A DNA stretch of 64,000 bases from contig JBEWZL010000076.1 of the NCBI GenBank assembly GCA_045837725.1, positions 248,001-312,000 of the forward strand. The letters are read 5' to 3'. Position 1 is the stretch's first letter, and every line of letters starts with the position of its first letter. This stretch comes from Vermamoeba vermiformis. Its lineage: Eukaryota. The notes beneath the pieces were generated by a model, which had not been told where the DNA came from, made no database searches, and saw nothing but the letters and a program-made list of their open reading frames with translations. A program made the position numbers and the translations under genes. Below are positions 1-15,938 of this stretch, in pieces.

Positions 1-594
1 GCTGTCCAATGAACGCGTCACTGATCAAGGTTTCATTGCACTGGCGCCTTTTCCTGCGTGGTCACCATTGGACTCCCCTGAAGTGTTGCGTAAGTCAAAT
101 GGGTGTCTCAAATATACCTAAATTTCAGATCCGGATCCATTTTCTCCTCGAAATTTTTCACGTCATAATATTATAGTTAGATTTATTATTAACGGAGTAC
201 TAATGTATATTTTGTGGCAGAGACCAAGTTAAAAATGACAATCAGACGAAAATTCTGCACGTACAATATGACTGGCACGAACCCCGTGAAGCAAGACTGG
301 TACGTTACAATAAGGCTTAAAAATATAAATTGACCAATCACTGACGAGTATATTTTCATGAAACTACAGGTTCACTTGCTCGTCGTGTCCGATTTTTCAG
401 AAAAAGATCTGTGCTGCGTGCATTAAGAAGTGTCATAAGGGACACAAGGTCGCACCATCGCCAGACATTGATAATTTTTATAACTACTACTGGTGAGTAA
501 TATGTCAAAATATGAAAATTAAGTTTTAAAATTAAATTTTTAATTGTTCAGCGACTGTGGATCTGGTCAAGGTTGCAAGGCATTATGGAAGTAA
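1..594 (+). CDS. 3' end of a protein with an LRR-like segment and a C-terminal UBR-box zinc finger (FBXO11-type)
   Basis: Exons 1-89, 221-299, 370-492 and 552-594, joined at GT-AG introns, give ...VTDQGFIALA...FCTYNMTGTNPVKQDWFTCSSC...ICAACIKKCHKGHKV...YYCDCGSGQGCKALWK*. The Cys/His spacing fits a UBR box. Confidence 0.8.
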
Positions 595-1291
595 TAAGTA
601 ACTGGAAACAACATTAAATTTTAGAAAAATTTCAACGCGGACCAAATGCCCATAGTTGTAAGTTGAAAAAATGAAAATTAATTTTTCTGTTTCTTGCTTC
701 GGATGCAGCCTCAAAAAGATTCAAACTATTGAAAGCAATTTCGTTAGTACCAAAAAAAACTCTTTCAGACCAAATTATTAACCATGACTGTTCAATTTGT
801 GTTACAGAAGCTTCTAAATTGGGTGTGGCTTCGCATGCAAAAGATATTTTAGAACTGAAGAGAAACTTCGCGAAAAAGAATAGAAGTGCGTAATTGTGCT
901 CCGCGAAGCCGGCAAGATTCTAAATTTCAATCTTTGCAAGCTCCGCGATCGCGGAACTGAAATTTCACGCAGAAACTTCTATAAAAGGAAACTTTGAAAA
1001 CACGGAGGCATGACCGCGAACAGAAGATTCTAAATGTTTCTAAAAATCAAAAGTATAAATACGAATGGCTCGCGAGTATTGTTCATTCAATCGAAAGAGT
1101 TTACGCTCGACAACAAAACAAATCCGAGCTAAATTTTCAAGTAAGTGCCTCAACTTGTTACGTAATACGATACCCTAATATTACAAATGAAATAATATGC
1201 ATCATTAAATTTGTTATGAATCAAATATTTAAAAGCTCTATAAACATTTTGTAACAACCTAATTAATTAATTTATTCGTAGATAATTAATA

Positions 1292-3095
<1,804 letters not shown>

Positions 3096-3179
3096 GCTTA
3101 ACTCTTCAGGTTAAATAAGCCTCAGGGAGCATGTAAATAAATAACCTTTTAATTCGATTTTTAGCATCTCTGAGTTTTT

Positions 3180-3860
3180 CCCAGGAATTCTTGACAGGGT
3201 CAGCGTTGGCATGTTCTGAATCAAGTACACGGCTTAAGCAACAACTGAGATTCTTCTTGCAGTTGTTCGAGAACGGCGACAATACCAGCATCAGAGGCTT
3301 CAGCATCAGCGTAGAGAGAACTCGATTTGTTGGTCGTTCAATTTCTTCAGCAGAAGATTGTTGTCCTTGTATAATTCGCGCAGAGTTGACGTAGACTTGA
3401 TTGAATAGCCACACTATTAACGAAAGTTGTTGAAATCAGGGAAACGAAGGATTGACTTGGTGGCCAGTCCGTTCTTGAGGAGTTGAAAGGCAGGATCTTA
3501 AGCTTCGTACCAAACGTTGCTTTCTTTGAACTGAGTGTGGTTCTGCAATCGTAGCAAAATCAGCGACGGAAGGACGATAATAACCAATGAGACCAAGGAA
3601 ACTCTTTAACTCTCCTTTGTGTTGAGGGACGGGCCAATTGAGGATAGCATTGACTTTGTCGGGATTCGGACTGCAACATTGTGACGAGATGATGTGTTCA
3701 AGGAAGGGGATTTCGTTGAGAGAAGCATTTTTCGGCTGATAGTTTGACTTTCGCTTCACGGAGGTGGTCAAAGACAGTAGTGAGGTTCTTGATGTGTTCT
3801 TCGAGTGTTTTATCGAGAATATAGTGGCGAGTACGGTATTCCTCTAAAATCGATGCAAAA
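3180..3860 (-). mobile_element. Decayed Ty3/gypsy LTR-retrotransposon pol fragment (RT C-terminus plus RNase H start)
   Basis: Frameshifted pieces TLEEHIKNLTTVFDHLREAKVKLSAEKCF, IPFLEHIIS..PNPDKVNAILNWPVPQHKGELKSFLGLIGYYR..FATIAEP, and RNaseH-like LYADAEASDAGIVAVLEQ near 3260-3320. No LTRs seen. Confidence 0.85.
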
Positions 3861-3991
3861 GCGATCCGTTCTTCTTGACAAGATGAATCGCAGCAGCCCA
3901 TGATTCAGATGGTTCGAATACGTTGCTCATTAATTGCTGAGGTGTGCGGCGTAGCTTCTCTTGGACTAGCTGTGCTTTGGCTGCCATTGAC

Positions 3992-6235
<2,244 letters not shown>

Positions 6236-6314
6236 TCTTCCTTCAATCCCACAGTAGATCTGAGTTGATTATTTACTACGCGATATTAATATTGTACCAG
6301 TTGGTATGAGCGTG

Positions 6315-8397
6315 TTATAGCTTGTTATCGTTGTTGAACTGGATGTGCGACAAGACCAACACATTCGGCTGATCTTTCTTGATCTACACGACTTGTTTGG
6401 TGTGTTTGTTGTAACAAAGCACTTGCGACACTTCTCGCTGATTGTGAAGATCAAGCACGTGACTGTCACTCACATCGACCACTTCAATGCCTTTTGGATT
6501 GAGACTGAACAAGAATTCATCGAACACTATTGGACTTTCTTCTAACGGCACGAACAGCGGTGTTCGCTCTACGTCCAGATTGAATAATAAAAGTGAAGTT
6601 ATTTACGCGAAAAGCATTTAAACTTACCTGTAGTAGTCTCTGGAGTATTAATGTTGATTGAGCGCACGACAGGCAATGCGGCTTCGCTGCCAAGAACGGA
6701 GTCACCCCACACCGCTATCGTGTTGTTGTCGATCCAACAGATTGGATAGTCCCAGTAATCTCCTTCACTTAATTCTTTCTCTTTCTACGGTAACGTAATA
6801 ACAGTTAATAAATTGACCAAAAAAACTTCGCGGAAATTTGTAGCGAGATCCGCTTTCATCAATGTGCACTTAAGTTACTTACATCGGGAGTATCATCGTT
6901 TTTCATCCATTTATCTATAGAAAAATTGTAACATACGCCAATGGGTCCCCAAAACCAACCAAACGAACACATGTTGCGCTGATCAGGCGAGACGTACAAC
7001 GGATTCCAAAAAAAATCTCTGCCGAAAAATGGTGTATCATTGGCGACTACACGATAATAATGTTAGATATTAATTACCTAAAACCCTGCGTACTAATTTG
7101 GTCCTTGAGGGGTTGACCGTTGTCTGGATCGTACAATACTATTCTGTTCCACATTTTACCAGCAATGAAATACTCTTTGTTTTCATATGTTAAAAATGCA
7201 ATTGGGAAGGAGCAATGATTCAAGTAATAATCTTCGCGCTACAAAGAATTAATCAGAATTTGAAACCGGATCCCAAAATTAAAACTTAGTTGTTCTCATT
7301 TTATACACTCTAATTAACCTAATTACCTCAAATGCAAACCCCTTTATCCTATCGTGCAAGTTATAAAGGAATCCTTGCGTTCCTTTCTCCGTGTAAACGG
7401 CAACATATTTTCCATCGTTCGAGATCTGCAGTGAATCGCCAGTACATTCGATCAAATCTTCTTGTTCGATATTGATATCGTTTAGTTTCAATATTACTAG
7501 CTTTTTAGGCTCATTTTCTAAAAATAAGTATTTTTGTTAATTAGACCAAAATTGTAGCGAACGTTATGTACCGTCCTTATTCTTAGAATTTATCGAATAT
7601 TAGTAAAATATTACTTACTTGTTATAGCAACAAGATTATGACTATTCGGAAGTGGTTTAGCGACCAAGATCTCTTCGACCAGATTCAGTTCTTTATGCAT
7701 CCACGTACCGCAGTTCGGTCTCCTAAATAGTTCTGTTAGACCTCTCTTAATAAATCTATATACTGTATTTTTCAGTTGAATGAAGCAGGTCTTGCATATT
7801 AAAGGAAATTGCAAGTATTCATTTGTCCAGATCTTGTCGTGGCACTGGCATTCATCCAGTTTGATAATATACTCGTTCCTGTAGCCAGTATAATACATTG
7901 TATAATCAGGACCTCGTTCAAATCTCAAAGGGAATAAACAAGGGCAAATCCGAGTTTCAGCCCGTTCTAGCGGATGACCACATTGAATTTCTGGCCAATT
8001 ATTTAGATAATATTAAACCAAAATATAGTAGTAATGGTAAAGCAGGTTCGGCGGGTCCTCTTTAAAAACGCACAATAAATTTAATTAATTTTTAATTTGG
8101 TATCCGTTAGAAATAAGAAAAACTATGTTACTTACGTTGATAAGACTTCCAAGTATCTAAGAATTTTTTATGATATTCTGTTGTATTTGTGATATCGACA
8201 AACGGCAGATTCGTTTGAAGAAAAGATTTCCAAAGACTGTTCTTCGTAAATAACGTTCTCCAAGCCTTATTTACCTTGCATACCGATAAAGTCAATATAT
8301 CGTCCCAGCCTAGTTTTGTAAACAGCTCTTTGAATAGAATATCCTCGATCTCGTTTGGTAGATTGTCCCAAGGATTCGTTTGCTCACTCTTTTCCAT
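6315..8397 (-). CDS. F-box protein family copy A; premature TAG at 6384-6386 (truncated or incipient pseudogene)
   Basis: N-terminal F-box-like WDNLPNEIEDILF..LSVCKVNKAWRTL..LW. Colinear with copies B and C. The codon for QVV-S-IKK (TCG in B and C) is TAG here. Confidence 0.75.
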
Positions 8398-8636
8398 TGG
8401 AATTACAACGAATATAAATTAATTGATTTGTGCGTTCTTCTTGGTGGTAAAAATAATAAGCCAGCATTGTAACGAACATTTTTTTTACCGCAATAATTTA
8501 GTTTTCATTCTAGCGCATAAAATTGCGTAGAATCCATTGTTTGTACCGCCAATCTAAATAACTGACTGTGGTCACATAGTTGCTTGTGTTGATTATCTCT
8601 ATGATATCATAAATCAAAAAACAAAACAAATTTATT

Positions 8637-10675
8637 TGTCCGCGGGAAAATTTACCCGGTACCGGGAAATTTCATTACGATCAAAAAATTGGCCACGAAC
8701 TACAATTAAACAAATCAATAGTGTCTTTATTATTACTATGACGTACCATAGTATACATAAAAACAATTGGACCTTGTATCGCCACTCCTGTAATAAAATA
8801 AAATTAATAAATTTATCCGTTAAAAATTGCCGAGACAATATTTTGCATTTGAGAATGTCTCTAACAAGAAAGTACACTCACGTACATACGGACCATATTC
8901 GATTGGTCCTCAAGACAAAGGCTGGTGCTCAAGTAAAGTGGCCTGATGAAGTTAAAGGGCCAGAAAATGAAGGGCATCGGCGGCAGATTAGAAACGCTGC
9001 TAAAAATCACCTAATTAGAGATGGGAAGCTACTACATAAAATAACTTTCACTAAGACAATCACTGCACGAAGCATTGATGGTAAAATCGAAAATTTGTAC
9101 CAGATCGAGACTAAAAATAACTACTTACCAGATGAAGGGTGGAGGGAAGTTCCTCATGAGTCCAAGCGGCAGGCTATCCTCGAAAAATTGCCTGGGCCAA
9201 GTGCTTTCCGACTCAAGAGGTGGAGCCGATCGCGCGTTACATCTTCGAACTCTTCTTGAATGAGCTTCAGTTCCCTGAAATACTACAGTCAGATAATGGC
9301 AAATCTTTTTTGGCTAAAATAATGAAGGACTTACTTGCACTGTTTGGAACGAAGCAAAAAAATTCAAGACCGCGCCATCCAAAGACAAATGGCCAAATTG
9401 AGCGATTCAACGGGACCCTGAAGCGAAAAATTAGAGAACACCTCAAAAAAGAACCAAAGGCACCTTGGGCTCATCTGGTGCCGATTGTGATTGCTGAATA
9501 TAACAACACTTACCACAGTACTATTGGTCGCAAGCCTGTTGAAGTCTTTCGCCCGTGCAACATCAATAGCAATGTTGAAGGTATTGTATTCGAACCTATA
9601 TCACCATCAATTAGCTCCACAGAAATTTTACTGACCAGATCGTACCTTAGCGGATCTCGAAGCACAGAAAGCCTTCGCTGAGAAGCTGTTTGCCCAAACT
9701 CGAGAGAGAAATAAGAAAAAGGCCAACGCAACGATTAGACGCCACGAGGCCAAGTACAAGCTACGTGTGTATGTACCTGGTGAGATCGTGTTAGTGGATG
9801 TGGGTAAAAAGACAAAAGTGAAGCAGAAGAGAGACATGGTCAAGGCAATCGTTGTCGAAGCACTTACCAATAACTACTACACAATCGAGTTTGCTGCTGG
9901 GCCAAAGATAGGCGAACAGGAGGACATTAACGGAGATCTGGTCGAACCTCTGCAGAAAAAAACCCAAGTGATGAGCGACCAAGTGCCAGAGAGAAAAGAG
10001 CAGAAGAAGAAGGGTCGAAACGGGAAAAAAATCAACAAGGAGGTCGTTGTTGTGTCGCCAAGGCCGAAATCTGTGCCTGATCAGCAGCATCCTGAAAAAA
10101 AACGGTCAGAGTCGCACTGGTTCAAACAAACTGAAAAAATACTTACCATGGAGCGAGGCAATCGTGGGGCGCGAGCTAAAATATACACTAAACATCAGGG
10201 TTAATGAAGGCGGCAATTGACTACATTGAATATTCAAATCTGAATTTAAAATAATATTTCAGGAATTTAATATCGTGCATTTGCCACACGTATGTACTTA
10301 CATAGCAAATAAATACTAATAAATAATATTCAAATTTTTCTATGGAAGATCTTTGTTTGTGTCCTAAATCCATGCTTCGCTCAACAGTACGGCAAGGAGA
10401 TAACAAAATAACATTGCCTTATTTTGTATTAGGCAATGCAATGGCCGTGATGTGGTCGTCATCGTTAAATAAAGCTATTGAATAAACCGTAAATTTTTAG
10501 CGGATGTGTTTATCAACTTTATTTCTTACCCTGGTAGATTTGGTTACGATCAACCTTGCGCAACGAACAACCCTTTAGTATACTCATTATCAACCAAAGA
10601 ACAAGCTTAGCAGAGGTAGTTCAGGTACAAATTTTTTATATTTTTTAAATGTCCCGGTAATTTTTAGCGCGGACA
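8637..10675 (+). mobile_element. Ginger2/TDD-like DNA transposon (retroviral-type integrase), internally deleted
   Basis: Termini TGTCCGCG..CGCGGACA with imperfect ~29-bp TIRs (8637-8672, 10647-10675). TTTATT is duplicated at 8631-8636 and 10676-10681. Encodes an rve integrase core. Confidence 0.88.
8855..10204 (+). pseudogene. DDE integrase/transposase of the TIR element, frameshifted near 9190
   Basis: FPEILQSDNGKSF, SRPRHPKTNGQIERFNGTLKRKI, EYNNTYHSTIGRKPVEVF and YVPGEIVLV. In-frame GT-AG intron at 9581-9650. The H2C2 finger and first catalytic Asp are not found. Confidence 0.85.
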
Positions 10676-10684
10676 TTTATTTAT

Positions 10685-12808
10685 TTACTTGTCGTTGTTG
10701 AACTGGATGTGCGACAAGACCAAGACATTAGGCTGATCTTTCTTGATCGACACGACTTGTTTGGTGTGTTTGTTGTAACAAAGCACTCGATCGACTTGCT
10801 GTACGCCTGCGATATCCAGCTTGGAGTTATCAGTCACATCGACCACTTCAATGCCTTTAGGGTTGAGACTGAGCAAGTATTCATCGAACACTAGCGGATG
10901 TTCTTCTAGTGGTACTAATAATTGGTACTTCTTTTCTACCGAGATGAATAAATATTGTTAGAATCCAAAGTTGAAAGAATTACGTAAAGTCAAATAATCA
11001 AATTATAACATTCTACTACGCTATTATAGTGTATTATAATAAAATCGTTATTACGTACTATCGTTAGTATTACTAGAGTCAGGCGAAGGAACATCAAGCG
11101 TTCGAACAACAGGCAAGCCATGATCACCGCCCATAGTTGAGTCACCCCACAATGCAATCGTGTTGTTGTTTAACCAGCACATCGGATAGTCCCAATCAAA
11201 GCCTTCCGTCAACGAAACTCCTTTCTGTTACGCGTATTAATTTCCGAGAATCCGGATCGAATTTTACGACCGTCATTCTTTTGACTTACTTCCATTGCAA
11301 ATATGTTGCCCTTCATCCAATCTTCAATAGAGAACTTGTTACATATGCCGATAGGATGCCAGACCCATCCGAACGAACACAGACTTTTTTGATCCGGCGA
11401 GATGTAAAGCGCACTCCAGAAAAACTCCAAATGATTGTTCGAGACTATATTATAGTGATTAATATTACATAGATTTCATACAACAAATTTGTATGCATTA
11501 CATACCATCTCTCTCTTTCAAACTTTCGCCGGTTTCGGGATCGTACAGATCGACCTTGTTCCACGCTTTACCGGCGATCAAATACTCTTTGTTCTCGTAT
11601 GTAAAGAATGCCACAGGAAATGAGCAATGCTGGGGGTAATAACTGCCTCTCTATATCAAAAATATTAAGTACTCAAAGCCGTTACAAACGAACAAATGGA
11701 TCGGCAGGCCCTAATCGTACATAAATGTCTATTTACCTCGAAATTGAATGTAGTTCTCTTATCATGCAAGTTATATACGAATCCTTGCGTGCCTAGTCTC
11801 GTGTAAACGGCAACATATTTTCCATCGTTCGAGATCTGCAACGTATCGCCGGTACATTCGATCAAATCTTCTTGTTCGATATTTTCTTCATTGAGTTTAA
11901 GCAGAACTAATTTCTTTGGCTCATTTTCTATCAAAAAACGAAGTTTCAAAAAGAAGATCCGATTTAATTTGACTAAAAAAAGCATCAATGGAGAAATAAC
12001 TACGTACTTGTTATTGCAATCATATTGTTGCTATTTGGAATAGGTTTAGCGAACAAGATCTCCTCGACCAGTTCGAGTTCTTTGTGAATCCACGTAGCAT
12101 TGGCCCATTTTCGCTGCGTGGCAGGCAAGCCTCTTCTATGACTCAAATCAATATTCCTACAAAGCTCGTCGTAGCACTCCTTGCAAATTAATGGATATTG
12201 CAAGTACTCTTTTGTTGGGATCTTCTCGTGGCATTTACATTGGTCTTGTTTGAGGATATACTCGGTCTTATAGCCTGTATAATGTAGTGCATGCTCGTGG
12301 TCCGAAGTGAAATTAAAAGGAATCATGCAAGGGCAAACTCGAACCGCTGTTTTGACATCTGCTTCCGGATGCGCGCAACCAAGCTCTAAAATTAAAATTA
12401 GGTACCAATATGTATTCATTCTATAATTTAATAACGATCAAGCACTTAAATTTCGAAACTATTTATAAATAAATAATAGGTGGAAAATCATTTTTAGGTC
12501 TAAAAATTTAAAAATTCTGATCGCACTAAATTAAGCATTAACTTACTCTTGAATGAGGCCAAAGTATCGCAGAATTTTTTATAATATTCTGTTGTATTTG
12601 TGATATCGATAAACGGCAGTTCATTTTGAAGAACTGATTTCCAAAGGTTGTCCTTCGTGAATAATGCTCTCCAAGCCTTATTAACCTTGCACACTGACAA
12701 GCTTAAAGTATCGTCCCACGTCAATTTTGGAAATACTTCTTTGAACAGAATATCTTCGAGCTCATTTGGCAGATGTGACCACGGATTTGATTCCTCGTTC
12801 TTTTCCAT
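10685..12808 (-). CDS. F-box protein family copy B
   Basis: MEKNEESNPWSHLPNELEDILF..VCKVNKAWRAL; Cys/His-rich segment; then CTGDTLQISNDGKYVAVY, CSFPVAF, FFWSALYISPDQKSLCSFGWVWHPIG and WDYPMCWLNNNTIALWG. Confidence 0.8.
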
Positions 12809-13157
12809 CGTGTTCTTCGTTCGTTAGTTTAATCTTGTGCCGTAGTACTCCGTTGTAGTGCTTATATCAATTAATTATCAATGAGACGATTAGTCCATTT
12901 TATGGTCCCTTGTGGTGAGTCATCAACTAAAATTTGACGAACTAAACTGAGAAATCCTTGCTTTTGAAAGTTCGTTGAAAATTAACACTCCCAAAGGGAC
13001 ACTAAGGCATTTGGATGACTAATAATGCGTTGGTTCATGTTCGGGGGTTTTGGAACTTACGGGAAAGTAAGACCAATGTTAAAACGGTTTTGATCCGTAT
13101 CGCCAAAAAAGAAGATTCTAATCGTACTTAATACGACGGTTTGCGCTATTTAATTCA

Positions 13158-15459
13158 TCAATAAAAGATAACGGATCCAACAAAAAAGGCAAGAGTAACA
13201 AACCGCAAGACAAATACAGATTGTGCGCCACTAACATGAATCGGTTGAGGCTGGGTTACTGGTGTTGCTGGGGTCGAGATAGGCGTCGATGGTGATTCTG
13301 AGTTTGGTGTCTGCGTGCCATTGTCGCTGTCAGGTGTCACCACTGGCGGGAGACAGACGCCAATGAAAGCTTCATCCGCGTTGATATTGGAGCTGGGATA
13401 TGTGCAAGAAGTCAAGTTCTTAAGACCTTGCGGGAATATCGTCTGACTGGCCGACAGCTCCACCGCCAGTTCGTTGCAAGAAATCAACACATCAGTACTA
13501 CTGCATATAACTGCGATAGTTTCATTCGATGGAAGAAGAGTATTGTCAAACACATTGTTCACAATTGTAACGTTAGAAGCGCTGCCAACGAGGAAATAAG
13601 AGCGAGCAACAGGCCCCTCGAACGAGTTAAATTCGAAGGTGATGTTTTGAAACACACCTGCAGCGAGCGAAGTCTTGGCGTCTTTAGCTGCACTTAGCGT
13701 TATCAAACCATCGCGCTGTGCTGTACCGTAATTGGAATCGATGAACCGATTGTATCGGATCACGGAATTTCTCGTACAAGCGCCTTCCCTATTAATGTCA
13801 AAACGTCAATCTAATAGCATGACCGCTTTCAACTTGACGGATACGAACCACCAATTATAGGCATCACAGTCCATCAACACAGCGGGACCTGTAATTTGGT
13901 CAAAAGTGCAGTTCTCGATCAACGATTGACGGTTGTTGATTAAGAAGCCACGTGCTCGGTTACGAGACACAGTCACGTTGTAGATATGAGCTGTAGCGAT
14001 TGTTTCAAGAACAGCCACGTCATTAACACTAATAATTATGTTAGCTAAAGTTTTTGCTAATAAACGATCTGCTTACGCGACTTGAACTACATCCACGTCA
14101 AATGTGCAATACGTGAAATTTCCACTGGAAGGAGAATTCACAGACGTTATGGCAGCTCGAAGATATGGGTGGAATGGGTCATCGGGGGTAGCGAATCCAA
14201 TGACGTCACCGACCAGCAACAGATCTGGCTTGCTCGGTTGAGTTCGACCTAGCAACATATTAGCTCCTATTGGATACAATTATCTATATAACATTGACAG
14301 TACCTTGTGACAGAGCAATGGTGCCGTTGTTGCCCCAAACCACCATCACGTTGTTGTGGATGTTGATCGCGTCATCGCCCATGCCCTCGTAGTAGCCGTT
14401 TGATATCTCGACAGTACCACGCACGTTGTTTATGTTCGTGCCATCAGCGGCACTGCTCATCCAGCGGCCGTCTTTTGGCATCACGTTGAAGCGGTCCAAA
14501 CGAATGTTGGAGCTATGAGAGGCTACAAAGCCCATGCCCGGGCACGTCCATACAGTAGTGTTTAGCACTGTAATGCTATCGGAACGGGCGATATCGATGC
14601 AATTGTAGACGTAGATCTGGTATCGCACGACCAAATTTTGACCAGGCAGATAACTTGGAATAGTGCTCAGTGCATAAAATCGGACTGTCAACGGGTCCTG
14701 CGAGAGTATCACAGATGCCTTAGTGGAGCTCGTTTGATACACATCAACGCTTCTAATCGTAGTGTTTGCGGCATTGATGACCCCAAACCGACGTCGATCC
14801 AGATCGAAAGTGATGTAACCGTCCATTGGCCGTTCATCCGCAGTATGAGGTGCTGCTACTAGGAGATCGAAGGATTTTTCCGTTGCATTAACGGAGAGGA
14901 CCTTGCCGCCAGTGAATGGTAGGGGATCGTAATCGATGTACAGATTTTGCAGGGTCACGTTATTGCAATCTGTTAAAGAAAATCCAATGGCAGTCACGTT
15001 GAAAAGCACCGTAGCTCCATTGCCTTCGACGACGATATTATTGCAAGGCTTGGCGATGAGCATTTTGCTGTTTACGACGTAAGTTCCAGGATGCAGCACG
15101 ACACGAGCGAATGTGCCGTTCATTGCTCTTGCTGCACTAATTGCACTAGTAAATCCCTAGGTAACGCACAAATTAATTTAATTCCAAAATACACAAATTT
15201 TTGTGAGTCGTTTCGGTCCAACAACTAAAATCGTTCAAATTTTATATTTAACAATAATAAATAATTGCAATAAAATAAAATTAAATGGTCTACGTCCACT
15301 ACAAAAATTAATGGAAAGATCCGGACTTACCGAAGTGTCGTCTTTACCATCGTCAGGAAAGGCATTATAATTGGCGACATCGAAGTCCACTGCGTAAATT
15401 TGAGAGACATGCAAAGTTATCAGAGCTAATAAAGCGAGGCAACAGCTAACCGTTCGCAT
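13158..15459 (-). CDS. Secreted or membrane-anchored right-handed beta-helix glycoside hydrolase, GH110 (alpha-1,3-galactosidase)-like
   Basis: Signal peptide; FDVANYNAFPDDGKDDT; IDYDPLPFTGGKV; MSSAADGTNINNVRGTVEISNGYYEGMGDDAINIHN; NRARGFLI; Ser/Thr/Pro linker and hydrophobic C-terminal tail. Confidence 0.75.
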
Positions 15460-15938
15460 CCGATCTTTTGGATTTGAACCGCGTTTCTTGAACTGGGTTG
15501 CTGTAGTGGCTCGTTAATGCTTGTATTAAAAAACATAATAATTTATGCATTGAAGTGCCAATGTCAATGTGTTCTTCGCTTTGTTTAGGGTGAATAATTT
15601 GTCCAGTGTGTGCACCAAGTTTTTAATCTTGAACACAAAAACGGATTTCGGCAGTCCCGAGCCTTGTTTACGAATAAAAATGTGTACGGTACCTTTTCTT
15701 GTACGATATAATTGGTAAATCTGTAAATTGGATTCTCTCATAAAACGGATGCGGATCTTTAAATGGGTACTTTGATTCCCAATTGGGGGTTACCAAAATG
15801 GTCCAATTGCAATCGTCCGAGAATTAATTTGGCCACGAAAGCTCCAAAATTTCGATTACAAGCTGTCAACTCGTCATCGACATTGTCGGGCAGTCTTGCA
15901 GCGCACTTGAAAGTACGATCCAGCAATAAAACTATTGA

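Noticed and set aside
994-1254. Short non-ATG ORFs upstream of the OYE genes and similar antisense ORFs in the track
   Set aside because: Not preserved in frame between the duplicated units, or they overlap well-supported genes on the other strand.
6384-6386. TAG reassignment or alternative genetic code
   Set aside because: TAG ends other genes here (35954-35956, 41755-41757, 59592-59594); this is a single substitution relative to the paralogues.
8637-10675. Polinton/Maverick or LTR retrotransposon
   Set aside because: Only 2 kb, with TGT..ACA short TIRs, an intron, and no polB, capsid, RT or LTRs.
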